Of a stretch of 64,000 nucleotides of DNA, positions 1 to 12,805 are shown piece by piece. The notes below the pieces were generated by a model that saw only the letters and a list, made by a program, of their open reading frames with translations, had not been told where the DNA came from and did not search any database. Source of the DNA: Octopus sinensis (Eukaryota). Numbering within the stretch: the stretch's first letter is position 1; each line of letters opens with the position of its first letter. The translations under genes and the position numbers were made by a program. Location: NCBI RefSeq assembly GCF_006345805.1, contig NC_043003.1, forward strand, positions 88,970,001 to 89,034,000, written 5' to 3'.

Positions 1-1367
1 ACAGAAAGGGTGACTTGACTGTCCTTTCTAGGAGAGTCCTTTAACAGCCTGGTGAGAGGTAGCAGCTTATCTGCACAACCGGGAATGAAGCGTCGGTAGA
101 AATTGACCATCCCTAGATAATGCCTGAGCTGGCGCAAGGAAGTGGGGGGTGCGATGCGTTGAATGGCATCGACTTTTGACGAGAGGGGGCTGATTCCAGT
201 CGAATCAATATGATGCCCTAGAAAATCTAGGGAAGAGCGTCCGAAAACACACTTGTCGGGGTTTATGCGTATGCTATACGCGCGAAGACGCTGGAAGAGT
301 TGAGAAAGGTGCCGGAGATGATTTTCTCGTGTGTCGCTCGCAATGAGTATGTCATCGACATAGGCAAACACAAAATCAAGACCGCGGACAACCTCATCAA
401 TGAAACGCTGGAAGGTGCTAGTAGCATTCCGCAAACCGAAACTCATGTACAAAAACTCAAAACACCCAAACGGGGTAGTGATTGCAGTTTTTGGAACGTC
501 GGCTGGGTTGACCGGTATTTGGTGGTAAGCGCGTATCAGATCGACCTTCGAAAAAATGGTACAACCATGGAGATTTGCTGTAAAGTCCCGGAGATTTCTA
601 ATCGGATAGCGATCGGCTATTGTGACGGCATTGAGGCGTCGATAGTCTCCAACCGGGCGAAAATCAGACTCGCCCTTTCGCGCCAAATGAAGGGGAGATG
701 CCCATGGGCTGGTGGAGGGGCGTATAAGGCCAAGTTGAAGCATGTGCTCAAACTCGGCTCTGGCCGTTTTAAGTCGGTCTGGCGCTAGGCGCCGGGGGCG
801 TGAGAATACAGGTGGCCCATTGGTGGTGATGAAATGGAGGGTCGAGTGGGTAGGATTTTCCGGTTTAAAGGCAATGTCCACTAGCTCCGGAAATGAAACC
901 AAAAGAGAGTGAAAGGAGTCTCCAGAGGTGGCAACAAAGAATGTCGGGCTAAGGACCGCAGTGGTGGAACTCCCAGTCGGTGTAGAGAGCGACGTCGTGC
1001 TATCAAGAAGCCTCCGACGCCTGACATCCACCAATAGGTTAAACCTATCCAGGAAATCAGCGCCGAGAATAGGATGCGGGATGTCAGCGATGACGAAAAC
1101 CCATCGAAAGTCTCGACGAAGGTTGAGGTTGAGGCGCAGCGAAATCTGACCGTAAGTGGTTATGGGAGACGAGTCAATAGCATGCAAGACAATCGAAGAG
1201 CGCTTGGGCTTGTCTGCAGCCAGACGAAGGGGCCAGATGCTGCAACAGGAGCCGGTGTCTACCATGAAGAATTTCTCCGACACCAGATCTTTTACAAAAA
1301 CTGCACGATTTTTGGGAATGGCGATGGAAGAAGGTGACGTGCTCACCTCCTCCGGACTTAGTTTTCC
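1..1367 (-). CDS. pol: pol (aspartic protease + reverse transcriptase), partial, -1 frame relative to gag
   Basis: Manual minus-strand translation: [14 protein letters not shown]...SPWASPLHL...GDYRRLN...[14 protein letters not shown]...[12 protein letters not shown]...[11 protein letters not shown]...[13 protein letters not shown]; no stop seen before the window edge (hence missing from the ORF track). Confidence 0.9.
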
Positions 1368-2020
1368 GAGGGCTTGAAAGTGCACGGCTGGGTACACCGA
1401 TCTGCCCTTTTGGTAGAGCGACTACGACTGCGTTGTCGGCGCTCGATCGCACGGGATAGATCGTCGATTCGCCGCGTGAGCGCATCGATCCGCTCGGTTA
1501 GTGAAATTTGCGCAGGGCCCCCTATACATGCACAGAGGCCTCGCGATGGAGATGGATTCGGAAATTCCAGTATTCCATCGGCCATCGTGGCAATCTGATC
1601 AACTGACACAGACTCCAGTACCGTGGCCAGCATTGTCTGCACGTGGGCAGGCAACTTGGAGAAAAATATCCTCCGTAAGAGCGGCGCGTGCGATGCGTTG
1701 CCGCTTAGCTCCCTTAGATGGCGCAGAAACTGGGATGGAGTTCTGTCCCCTAACTGCTCGTCGGCCATCAGCTCCTGAATATTGCTCTCCCCCGAACGTG
1801 TGTTGCGGCGGAGGATTTCTGCTTTCACAGACGCGTATGTGGCATCCGGGTGGGGACTTATTATTAGATCCCTGATCGATGCGGCGAGTCGGGGATGTAA
1901 GCCGGAATATAGCAGGTGCAACTGCTGCTGTGGAGAAATGGCATGTGCATCAAAATACCACTCCACTTGGGCAAACCACAAACCCATATCCCCCGTAAAT
2001 GAAGGCAAACCTGAAGCCAT
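1358..2020 (-). CDS. gag: gag of Gypsy element A (220 aa)
   Basis: ORF with WFAQVE, LGDRTPSQFLRHLREL, LPAHVQ motifs, an RS-rich tail and CTQPC; homologous to ORF 52506-53135. Confidence 0.9.
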   Translation of the reverse strand: MASGLPSFTGDMGLWFAQVEWYFDAHAISPQQQLHLLYSGLHPRLAASIRDLIISPHPDATYASVKAEILRRNTRSGESNIQELMADEQLGDRTPSQFLRHLRELSGNASHAPLLRRIFFSKLPAHVQTMLATVLESVSVDQIATMADGILEFPNPSPSRGLCACIGGPAQISLTERIDALTRRIDDLSRAIERRQRSRSRSTKRADRCTQPCTFKPSEN

Positions 2021-2388
2021 GCCTTTGTCGGAAGGAATCTGTGAGAAGGGGGCAGAAGGTATGGTCTAGAAGTGGAGAGAGAACACGTGGAACCGAGAAG
2101 GCAATTCAAAATTGTGTTTGTGTGTGCACCTCGTGGGTAGCAAAAAAAAAAAGGAATAAGTGTGTACAAGGAAAACAAAATACAGAAAAGGAAAAAAATG
2201 AATGTGTGTGTGTTTTCTATTTTCTTTCTTTTTTTTTTGTACTGTGTGCGATGAATAAGGTTATTTGACCCACCTCGCCGTGCTGAAAAGGAGAAAATAG
2301 GAAAATAAATGTGAATTTCCGCGCTCTTCGGCCCCAAAAAAAAACCTGTTCGCTGTGTCTTTTTCTATCCTGTTCTTTTTCTCAACTA

Positions 2389-2398
2389 GGGGTCACCA
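2389..2398 (-). promoter_or_regulatory. Primer-binding site (tRNA-Trp type) of element A
   Basis: Minus strand reads LTR end ...ttaCA-at-TGGTGACCCC, complementary to the tRNA-Trp 3' end (GGGGUCACCA). Confidence 0.85.
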
Positions 2399-2400
2399 AT

Positions 2401-2817
2401 TGTAACGTGAAAGGATCTATCATCGAAGCACTGGCAGGGTGTCGAGATCCTTTCTAGTCACATACAAAATTCTTGCAGAAAACAAACAGACGAAACTCAG
2501 GTTAAAGGTGAACAGACAACTTGGTTTATTGATTCATGGTTGTACGTTGTCTGATGGGGGAATGAACAGCCTCTGATATATTGCTGGTGTTGGTCGTTGA
2601 GGTTGGTTGAAGTTGGTTGAAGCTGGTGTGTGGCTGTCAGAGCCAGGAAAACCGTGACCGATCGCAGTGCTGTCTTGAGCCGAAGAGAGCGATTTGAGGT
2701 TCGCGGGCTCGAGAGATGTTTTCCCGCACATGCGCATGGGGAAGACTTCCGGTGGCCACCCGGAAGTAGTCCCATTCTGCGCATGCGCGCCGAACCCTAC
2801 ACAGTAGCATCACTACA
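2401..2817 (-). repeat. 5' LTR of element A (417 bp)
   Basis: TG...CA termini (tgtaacgtga...tcactaca), adjacent to PBS, minus-strand AATAAA near 2525. Confidence 0.85.
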
Positions 2818-2989
2818 CTGTCAACATTAGCACTACAACTGCTCCCATCAGTGTTGGTTTGTGTTTTCATAATTATATATATATATATGTGTGCATACAG
2901 ATATATAATTATAAATATATGCACATATGTATATAATGTATGTGTATATGGATGGTATAAGCAATCCATTGATAGTCAATAATGATTGC

Positions 2990-4190
2990 CCATATGAAAT
3001 GTCATAAGTCATATCAACAAATAAGCCATCCTCCTCCATTTGTTTGCTTCAGTTGCAGTTACTGATGTCCAATCTCTTCAGGTTATATTTAACCATGTTT
3101 TTGTATCTCAGCTGAGATAAATCTTGATATCTTGTAACTCTGTGAAATATTGGGAATATTTATCATGGCAAGTGAATTTCCTCCATTCTTTGGACATGTC
3201 CAAACTAGTGGAGTTTTTATTGCACAAATATCTTTCCTTTGTGAAGGAGCTTGTGAGTCCTGCTGATCTTGTCTGTCTCTGTGATATCCACGATCTGCTT
3301 CATGCATCTCACCATGAATGCATGCAATTGTTTTACATGTTCACACTATATTGTCTATGCCTTCCACCTGTATAATAGGGCAAGTAATATTATTGCTTGA
3401 TCTACTTTGTCCTTCACTCTGACTGGCGTGTACTTATTCCACAACCTTTTGAATATCAGGTTGGCCTTCTCCACTCTGTGAACTAATTTATCACTAACAT
3501 TGTTACTGTTTGTACTGTCCTGATGCATAAAGTGACTTGACTGTACCAGCTTCCGATAACAATAACATTGTCATTGATTGTGTAGTCCAAATATATAAAG
3601 AAGTTTGTTTCTCTCAACTCTTGTTCTTTGATGAACTGTGCCACTTGACTCAAGATAGGACTTCACTGACAAAGAACTTCAGTCTTTCAGACATCAATTT
3701 TCAAATCATGCATATTTTCTGTTCTATAGAGACAGAGGCACAAGCACCTGCAAACAACATTTCTCTCACTAACATGTGTAATCTTGGACTTGGATGTGAG
3801 GTACAACAACTGAAAAGGTTAGCATCAGGTCTTGAGTTGCACAGTATATTCTTGAGCATCATCAAAAAATGACATTAACTCTAGCAGACAGACCAGCTTG
3901 ACTGGGAAATGTTGAAGCTCACCTTTGTTACCCAAGTTCTCATTCCAGTATATAGTGATTCTATCAAAGACCAAGTCTTATTCTGCTCTTCAAGGAAATG
4001 TCCAGAGCACATATCCATATTGCTTCTTCCCCTTCTAAAGCTGTTTTGAATTCAGGTAGAACTACTCTGATTTTCTCCTTCCGCCTGTTCAGCAATGTTC
4101 CTGTGAGGATTTTTCCCAACTATAGCAAGTGCATAAATTCCCTTGATTGTTACTACAGTCATTCATGTCACCATATTTTAATATGGAAAA
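2990..4190 (-). mobile_element. Heavily degraded RTE-clade LINE fragment
   Basis: Minus-strand remnants MLFAG (LFADD-like), RVEKANLIFKRL, FGHVQRME with many stops. Confidence 0.55.
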
Positions 4191-4305
4191 GGATGTCACC
4201 ATTTATATGAATGAATGTGTGTGTAAATATATATGCACGTATGTATAAATTAATTTAATATGAAGTTAATTGTGAATGTTTTTGTCTAATGCTTTTTTTT
4301 TCCAG

Positions 4306-4373
4306 AATAATATTGCGGAAGTAGAGAAATTGCGATACGCTTTAATGCGGGAAGATTTCATCCTTCTTGTGAG
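4306..4373 (+). CDS. ZYG11B: ZYG11-family protein, internal exon (NNIAEVEKLRYALMREDFILLVR)
   Basis: Polypyrimidine ttttccAG acceptor, GTaaga donor; peptide matches ZYG11B NNIAEV...LM..DFI; phase 0 to phase 2. Confidence 0.9.
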
Positions 4374-6316
4374 GTAAGATTTTGTGGATTGTCTTTCTGT
4401 CCTTTTATTTTGCTTTGATGTGGTAAACCTTTCTCACAATAATAACCAACTGAACCTGGGACTTTTTAAATATAATCAAGCTACCTACCTTGTCAGTATC
4501 ACCATGGGTACAAGATACTTCCGGTCTATTTGTTCTTGGTATAAAACTCAAGTTACAGTGCCTTATTGTGTCGGATGTGTTTTGTGTATGAACTGTATTT
4601 CACAAATTAATGATGATCTTGTTAGATGTAATATTAGATTTCATGAAGCTTTAATGGATCAATAGGAGCCACTAGCCAAAGTGTGACCCAGTGTTGAGTG
4701 CACCAACGTCTCTTATATTGTGTACAACTCCTTATGGAAACAGACAACAATGAAATACTGATTTCATTAGGTAATAGCATTGAAAAAGCTTCTGTCAGGA
4801 TTTCCCAGAATAAATCCCTTGCCAATTATGCAGAATCAAAGCTATTTTATGACAGAAAGCCACGTACAGAATATATTTTTCAGAAAACTCTGTGGAGAAC
4901 TGCTATGTGCTCAGTCTACTTGCTAGAAATAGCCAAATTCCATCAAATCATGTACCACTACTTAAAAGAAAAAAGATACATTAAATAATGTATCCTTAGA
5001 AACTCTAAAAAGATGGAATAGCCAAAGCTAGAGTGTCTCTTACCCTAGGTCTTCTTAATCAGTATTGACCTGGTGATAAACAACACATGTAACTCTTCAT
5101 TAATAGCAAACTTGTTGATTTAGAGAGTTAGTGTCGGTAGAATAAAAATAGTAGAGACCTTTAGAATAATGATCATAAATATTGTTAAATTCTATGGATA
5201 TGTTTTATCACTTTGAATAGTCGTTGTTGCTGTTCCTGATTCACCCATCTTTATTTGGGTATAGTGGCCTTATATTTACAACATAAAATGTGATATTCAT
5301 TTTAAAAACAACTGGTAAAGAATGTTATTGAAGTAAACTTGGCTGCTGCAGTAGGAAGTCTTTAAATAGCTTTTGCTGCCTTTTAAGTTACTTTAATCCA
5401 TAACAAGATAGTAAGATATAAATGAAGAGTCAAAGTTGGCTTGGTAGAGAAACTGGGTTATCCACTAAAGGTTTGACTGCTCCTGTCTGAACACCATAGT
5501 CACCAGCATTTGTTGTGTCTATGGTGCTCAGACAAAGAAATTGTCAACTTGCTACATTATCTCATTCTAAATAGGAACAATAATGTCTATAAACTGGATG
5601 AATGTTAATGTTTCAATGCCATACATGGACTGTACTAATACTAACATGTAATATAACTGGATATATGATACCTGAACAATTTCCTCAATTAAGAAAAAGT
5701 AAAACTGTTGACTTGCAAATAAATTCTGATAAAACTAATTAGGATTTTAACATATCTATTCATTCTCACAACATTCTGGCAGATTCAAAAGTGAAAATGC
5801 TGGAAATGATTTCCATTGATGAAATACAACTGCAATCAGCATATTCATGTTCAAATATACCTGAACATATTAAGAATGAGTAGATATGTTTATGTTTGGA
5901 TTTTTGGTTTTGCATGCACTCACTTCATGATTTAAAATTAGGGTTTTATGTTCCTGTTTTATCTGTTACCCAATAAAAAGAATTGTCTCTTAATAAGATT
6001 TGTATTTTTATATCACTGTAACACTAGCATTGCATATTGTAATCTATATACCTTAAATAAGATAATCAATAATTACAATAATTGATAAATTATTCAAGGG
6101 TGGGAAGTTGTTCACTGAGAGCAACTATTTGGAGACAGTTGTCTTGATACCAAGCTCAACTTCTCTTGTGGGTAGAGTTTAGAGAAAGGTTGGGATCTGT
6201 CAACTTTCTCTTGATATACAATATTTAGTCTTTAGGATTTTGTTTCAAGGATTCAAACAGTTCTGGCAGTCATCATGGTTATAACAAAATGAATAAAATT
6301 GTCTTCTTTGTTTCAG

Positions 6317-6446
6317 ACGTTTACTTCAGGCTGAGCAGATTGATGTGAGCTATTTTGCTGCTGGTATATTTGCCCATTTAGCCAGTGATGCCAATGAATA
6401 TTGGATGAGTTCTAGTCTTACTAGAGATGATGTCTTAAATGAATTG
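6317..6446 (+). CDS. ZYG11B: ZYG11-family exon (RLLQAEQIDVSYFAAGIFAHLASDANEYWMSSSLTRDDVLNEL)
   Basis: tttcAG / GTtagt; contains the VSYFAAGI.AHL signature; phase 2 to 0, in frame with neighbours. Confidence 0.93.
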
Positions 6447-6578
6447 GTTAGTTTTTAAATTTATTTTTCTTATGCTTTAAAAAAAGAAAAAAACTCTTTT
6501 ACTAATTCCACTGTGATTATACTAATTCCCACCTTAGGGCTGTAGTTGGAACTATCCTGACATGACCATAGTCTAGAG

Positions 6579-7340
6579 CAGCATTTCTCAATCAGGGTTC
6601 CCCAGAACCCTAAGGTTCCTCAAAAGATTCCTAGGGGTTCCGAGAGAAAGAGTGAGATAGGCTAATGCTAATTTCATGATCATAATATTACTATGCATGC
6701 ACAACATATTATTGGTTATTGTAATATAGACATCATCCTATCTAACCTATTATGTTATCAAAAAAATATAACAACCATTGGGGATATATATATATAATCT
6801 TTTACTTGTTTCAGTCATTTGACTGTGGCCATGTTGGAGCACAGTCTTTAGTTGAGCAAATCGCCTTCAGAACTTATTCTTTGTAAACCTAGTACTTATT
6901 CTATCAGTCTGTTTGCTGAACTGCTAAGTTACGGGGACGTAAACACACCAGCATCGGTTGTCAAGCGATGTTGTGGGGACAAACACAGACACACAAACAT
7001 ATACACACACATACATATATATATACATAAATACGACGGGCTTCTTTCAGTTTCCGTCTACCAAATCCACTCACAAGGCTTTGGTCAGCCCGAGGCTATA
7101 GTAGAAGACACTTGCCCAAGGTGCCACGCAGTGGGAGTGAACCCAGAACCATGTGGTTGGTAAGCAAGCTACTTACAACACAGCCACCTCTATGCATATA
7201 TATATATATGATATTTACCACATGAACTATGATGAAAAAATATGAGAAAGATATGGTATATTTTTTTTTGTGCAGGGGTTCCTTGAGACATGTAATTTAT
7301 TTTAAGAGTTACGCATGGGTAAAAAGGTTGATAAACACTG
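6579..7340. mobile_element. Non-autonomous hAT (Charlie-like) element containing a nested SINE
   Basis: Imperfect TIRs cagcatttctcaa / ttgataaacactg flanked by 8-bp near-TSD gtctagag (6571-6578) / gtctagaa (7341-7348). Confidence 0.75.
6797..7190 (-). mobile_element. tRNA-derived SINE with internal CA/TA microsatellite
   Basis: Minus-strand head gtggctgtgttgtaagtagcttgc...ggttctgggttcactcccactgcgtggcaccttgggcaag (A/B-box-like); related pieces at ~31030-31195 and ~59780-59920. Confidence 0.8.
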
Positions 7341-7359
7341 GTCTAGAAGATGTGGTCAT

Positions 7360-7828
7360 GTTAGGAGTAGCCATTGGGCTGTGGCAATGCCAGGACCAGC
7401 TACTGGGCTGTTGCCAGTTTCCTTGTCATTTGATGAGAATTTTCATGCAAAAGTTTGTTTACTCATGCTTCATCGAACTCAACTGGACAGCCTGAACAAG
7501 GTGTGTCTTTGAACTTGGCATACCAATCACAAGTGGTTCTTTCAGCTATGGCCCCCTCTCCATACACAGCACAAATGTTGCGAGCAGCTTTTGCAGCCTT
7601 AGAAACTTGGTTAAAAGCAAAAAGAAGGAGGTGTTGAAAATTCTCGTTTTTCTTAACTTGCATTCCATTTTAATATGAAAATAAACTAAAATTAACTCGA
7701 AAAAAACCAAAATAGATTCCAAAATGATTCAAAAATAGAATTCTCGAAAAAAATAGATTCTAAAATTTAAAAACGCAATAAACTCCAAAGTTTAAAAAAA
7801 CAGCAAGAACGTAGTTACCAACCCCATA
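7360..7828 (-). mobile_element. Mariner-type transposon 5' fragment
   Basis: HLLLFAFNQ...AARNICAVYGEGAIAERT..WYAKFK (mariner HTH). Confidence 0.8.
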
Positions 7829-7979
7829 GTAAAGAATCAACTATCTAACTACCCTCTGTTTGACAATAACCCCTATTTCTCACTTTCTGTGGACGCATGC
7901 TTTGTGCAAGACAGATACAAATTCTTTTGGGGGAGTAATAGTGATGATAAGGTTGGGTAAGCATACTGTTAGCTGAGAA

Positions 7980-9070
7980 ATCATCATTATCATCATCATC
8001 ATCATTTAACATCCATTTTCCATGATGGCATGGGTTGGACGGTTTGACTGAGATCTGGAGAGCCAGAGGCTGCACCAGGCTCCAATCTGATCTGGCTATG
8101 TTTCTACAGCTGGATGCTCTTCCTAACGCTAACCACTCAGAGAGTGTAGTGAGTGCTTTTTATGTGCCACCGGCACAGGAGCCAGTCAGGTGGACCTGGC
8201 ATCAATCACATTCGGATAGTGCTTTTTATGTGCCACCCAGCACGGAACCCAGTCAGTGGGTACTGGCATTGGCCACGTTCAGATGGTGCTTTTTACGTGC
8301 CACCAACATGGGAACCAGTCAGAAGATACTGGCATCAGCTACATTCGGATGGTGCTTTTTATGTGCCATCGGCATGGAAGCCAGTCAGTGGGTACTGGCA
8401 TCAGCCACATTTGGATGGTGCGTTTTATGTGCCACTGGCATGGAAGCCAGTCAGTGGGACTTGGCATTGACCACGTTCTGATGGTACTTTTTACATGCCA
8501 CTGGCATGGGAGCCAGTCAGGAGTAACTGGCCACGGCTACAATATTGGTTTTACTTCAATCAACAGGTCTTCTCAAGCATATCATATTGCCCGACGCATC
8601 AAGGTTACTCTTAACTGGGCTGGACATGCATTGCTGCGATCTCATTTTAGCTGCCAGGTCTTCTCAATCTCAGCATATCTCCAAAGGTCTCGGTCTCCTG
8701 TCATTGCCTCTCTGAGGCCCAATGTTTGAAGGTCATGCTTCACCACCTCATCCCATATCTTCCTGGGTCTACCTCTTCCTCAGGTTCCTTCCATAGGTTC
8801 CTTCTACAGTTAGGGAGTGGCACTTCTTCACACAGCTGTCCTCATCCATACATAACACATGACCATGTCAGCGCAGTCATCTCTTTTGCACACCACATTT
8901 GATGCTTCTTATGCCCAACTTTTCTCTCAGGGCACTTACACTCTGTTGTGTATGTACACTGACAATACACATCCAGCGCATCATACTAGCTTCATTTCTT
9001 TCAAGCCTAATCATGTCCTCAGCAGTCATGGCCCATGTTTCACTGCCCTGTAGCATGGCTGTTTGCACAC
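7980..9070 (-). mobile_element. RTE-clade LINE 3' portion with (ATG)n tail and 3'-UTR minisatellite
   Basis: ML.GSETWAMT..D..RLERNEASMMRWMC motif; catcatcat tail at the left end. Confidence 0.85.
8150..8530. repeat. ~66-bp tandem repeat, 5-6 diverged copies
   Basis: Unit ggatggtgctttttatgtgcca...gccagtcagtgggtactggcat...cacattc; equivalent positions at 8213, 8280, 8346, 8412, 8478. Confidence 0.9.
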
Positions 9071-9074
9071 ATGA

Positions 9075-10810
9075 ATAGGAAAAGTAGTTGAGGTTGTCAG
9101 GGTGATAGAATAATCAAGATGTGACTAGTTATAGGCAACTCAACAGCAAATGTTATTTCAGCATATGCCCCACAAGATTGCTTCTATGATACCCTTTCTC
9201 AACAAAAATTGAGAATGATTTCTTTATCATGGCTGGTGACTTCAACAGTCATATTGGCCAGCATGCCAATGGCTTCCACAACATACATGGAGGCTATGGA
9301 TACAGTGAGAAAAATGAAGAGGGTATAAGGCTCCTGGAATTTTGTAATGCAATGGTTCTAACAATTTGCAACACATGCTTTAGGAAACTAACCAACCATC
9401 TCATCAGCTACAAATTTGGTGTACACACAAGTTCGATAGATTATGTTCTCACCAAAAACAAAGAGACAAAAGAGCTATTGTAAATGCCAAAACCTTTTCT
9501 AGTGAAGAATATACAACACAACACAGATTAGTGGCTGGTAAGTTCAGAAACGGAATGACCATCTAAACTTTAAAATCTTACAATTGATAACAAATTTAGA
9601 GAAATTCTGGGGTAAATTTAGATAAAACTAGCATATATAAAAATTGGAAATTTCTATGAAATAACTTGCTCAGGACCACACAACAGACATGGAGCAAGGG
9701 AAAAGTCCTGACCCAACTGAAAGTAGCATTGCAGAAAAACAGAGTTGATATAGTAGTTAAGGCTGGGAAACAGGGATGGGAAACTGGGAAGGAAAGTGGT
9801 AATAGGAAGCATTAACAGATAGCTAGAAAAGCAGCTATGCGACAGGTTTATTTGGCTAAGGATGAGGCAGAGAGGGAGAGTCTTGCAATGTGTCGATCAC
9901 ATGACAGTGTCTGAGTGAGAACCAAGAAGTGTATTCATAATGATGAAGGCCATATTTGGCAGTGATATGGAAGTGCTATAATGAGAAGTTGTTGAATGTG
10001 GAGAATGTATGGGATAAAGAGATACTTTGTGCTGACCCTATTGAGAGACCAACTCAAGTTGACAGCAGCATACTAGGAGTCATACCCCATGACTGGTGTA
10101 GCAGTATCATCCTAAACTGCCGGAAAGGCAAAGGGGGTGTCTTAAAGAAAAACAATTACAGAGGAATCAAATTACTGGATCAAGTTATGAAGGTTACAAA
10201 GAGACATAGCACCATTGATTCATGACAGGATAAATCTAGTTGAGATGAAGAGGTACCATGGATGCTGTCTTCCTAGCAAGGCAACTGCAGAAGAAATACT
10301 TGGCTAAGAGTAGACCATTATTTTTAGCTTTCATTGAATTGTAGAAGGCATTTGACAAGGTATCACATACAGAAATCAGGTGGTGTCTAAGGAAATTAGG
10401 TGTTGACAAACCCCACCCATTCACACTTCTAGTTTCTCTGTCCCCACTCCTTTCTCACCTTGATGTGCCATCTAGAAACCTTATCACCATTATTTATTCC
10501 TTCAAAGATACTACTGACCATTCTCTCTCTCTCTTAAATGTGGCTTGCCATATAGCTCTTTGACAAGAAACTGCTCTGCCCTACTCTATCCCCTCCTTGG
10601 GTTTTACAGTCTTGTAGGCAACTTCACTAGTGCAGTAAGCAATAGGAGAAAAGTACCCTGTACATACTGTAAAGTGGTTGACATTAGGAAAAGCTAGTTG
10701 TAGAAACCATGCCAAGGCAGATACTGGAGCAGAATGCAGTCTTCAGACCAATTGGATCTTGGAAAACAATCTAACTCATGCCAGTATGGAACATGGTCAT
10801 CAAATGATGA
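9075..10810 (+). mobile_element. Degraded, internally deleted RTE LINE (APE endonuclease + RT start + tail)
   Basis: AYAPQ, AGDFNSHIG, IDYVL (APE); KGKG..NNYRGIKLL (RT); same 3' tail family in + orientation near 10670-10810. Confidence 0.75.
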
Positions 10811-11854
10811 TATGTGTGTGTGTGAGAGAGTAAGACATCCTCTATTCCCCCGCTCCTTTCTACCCGTTTCATACCTTTATGGTCCAGTCTGACACATCAC
10901 CACTTATATCACTTTCCACCCACCCCCTCTCTTCTAAAATGTGAGTAGTCATGTAGCTCCTCTTATGCAAGAAACCCGTTCTGATCTAGCCCTTTGTTTT
11001 TCATACTTTACCCCTCTCTACTCTGTATTCGCTTACCATTAAGTTCACTCACACCACTCTTGCAAGCTACTCAGCATCTTGACCAGTGCTGGTGGCAAAA
11101 AAAAAAATACACCTAGTATACATTACAAAGATGTAAAGTGGTTGGCATTAGGAAGGGTGTTCAGCTATAGAAACCATGCCAAATAGGCAATTAGAGCAGG
11201 ATGCATTCCTTGGGATCATCAGATCTTGTCAAACCACCCAATACTGCTAGCATCACCACCATGATGATGATGACGATGACGGCTCCCCTCCTCCTCTTTC
11301 TTTCCTCTTCATTTTTTTCTATCCCCTCATTAATTCTCTCTCCATCCTCAATGTTTCGATTGGTAAAGGAATAACGAACCCCATCAATAAGTGAATATCA
11401 CAGCACTTCTATTTTTTAAACTTTTTAAAAAATACTTAGGTGTATTTTGAGGGAGATTTGGGTGCTACTTCTTAGTCAGATGACTGTGTAGACACACAAA
11501 ACAAATTAATATGTGCATAAAATTTTAATTGCTTTAAATAATGGAGTAATTAATAATTATATTTATTATACATTCAATATGAATCTTTTTATTACAGGAA
11601 AATCAATTACACAAAATGAGGGTTTTATGAACATAGGTTACTAAAAATTAGGGGTAAATGTTGCCTTATATGTAAGAAAACCTAACTTTAGTTTTACAGT
11701 GCATTTAAAAAAAGAAAGTTTATTCAGATTTATTATGGATTCCAAACAAAAAAGGTGACCTTTGAACTTTATTAGTGTTTATCACAAAAGTACATTTGCT
11801 GTAAAGTCACCATTGTGACAATTCTAATTGTCTCTTTGTTGTTTTCTATTTCAG

Positions 11855-11907
11855 AAAGATGTTGTCCTAAAATGGGAGCAGCCACAAGGGGAAATGGTTG
11901 CATACAG
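11855..11907 (+). CDS. ZYG11B: ZYG11-family exon (KDVVLKWEQPQGEMVAYR)
   Basis: atttcAG / GTgaat; matches ZYG11B LKW..P..EMVAYR; phase 0 to 2. Confidence 0.93.
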
Positions 11908-12517
11908 GTGAATAAAGTTTATATTTTCCACTTATTTTTCCTTTTCTTTACAAAATGGCAGAAATTCCTGTAAGTGATACAAGTACAACTCTGTGGTTAG
12001 AACGTTTGCTTCACAACCATGTTGTTCCTGACCTGCATGTCTTTCACTGATGTATATTGGCAAAGGGTAATCTTGTCACATACCCTGACTACCTCAGTTA
12101 CCTTATCTACCAACTTCTCTGCCCAAAGTATACCTATACTGTCTACCCCATCACTACTCCCTATCCAAAAGAATTTATATGTATGTTCCTAACCCATAAG
12201 CAGTCTAGCTGAGTCCACACCATTGTATTTCTTGCACACAGCAAACATCTACATTTCTCCACTAAAGCATTTCAATAATTTCAACAGACCTACCTTTCTA
12301 ACATTGATCATCCAAAAATCCGAGACAGTGAAATTTGAATTCAAATTGCACTAATGAAAAAATTTCAATTTAAATTGCTCTAATGAAAAAATAAAAGTAA
12401 ATCTATTATTATTAATTTGAATTTTTTTTTTCTATTTTAGTCTGTATTTCAATTTTTAAAGTAATCCCTTTACTCCATATAAATTTCAAAAATATGTTTT
12501 ATCAATTTGAAATTTAA

Positions 12518-12805
<288 letters not shown>

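Larger units (their letters stand above)
1..2817 (-). mobile_element. Ty3/Gypsy LTR retrotransposon A (5' half; runs off the left edge), antisense and upstream of the first visible ZYG11-like exon
   Basis: 5' LTR 2401-2817, PBS, gag, then pol with protease DTGS and RT YVDD motifs; pol closely parallels the element at 48539-54220. Confidence 0.95.

Noticed and set aside
300-2069. Plus-strand ORFs overlapping Gypsy A
   Set aside because: Antisense shadows of gag/pol; no recognisable motifs.
7100-7190. tRNA-like sequence
   Set aside because: SINE head; no complete cloverleaf.
8035-8729. Repetitive ORFs and a CRISPR-like repeat pattern
   Set aside because: Products of the 66-bp minisatellite in an RTE 3' UTR; inter-repeat segments are homologous, and there are no cas genes.
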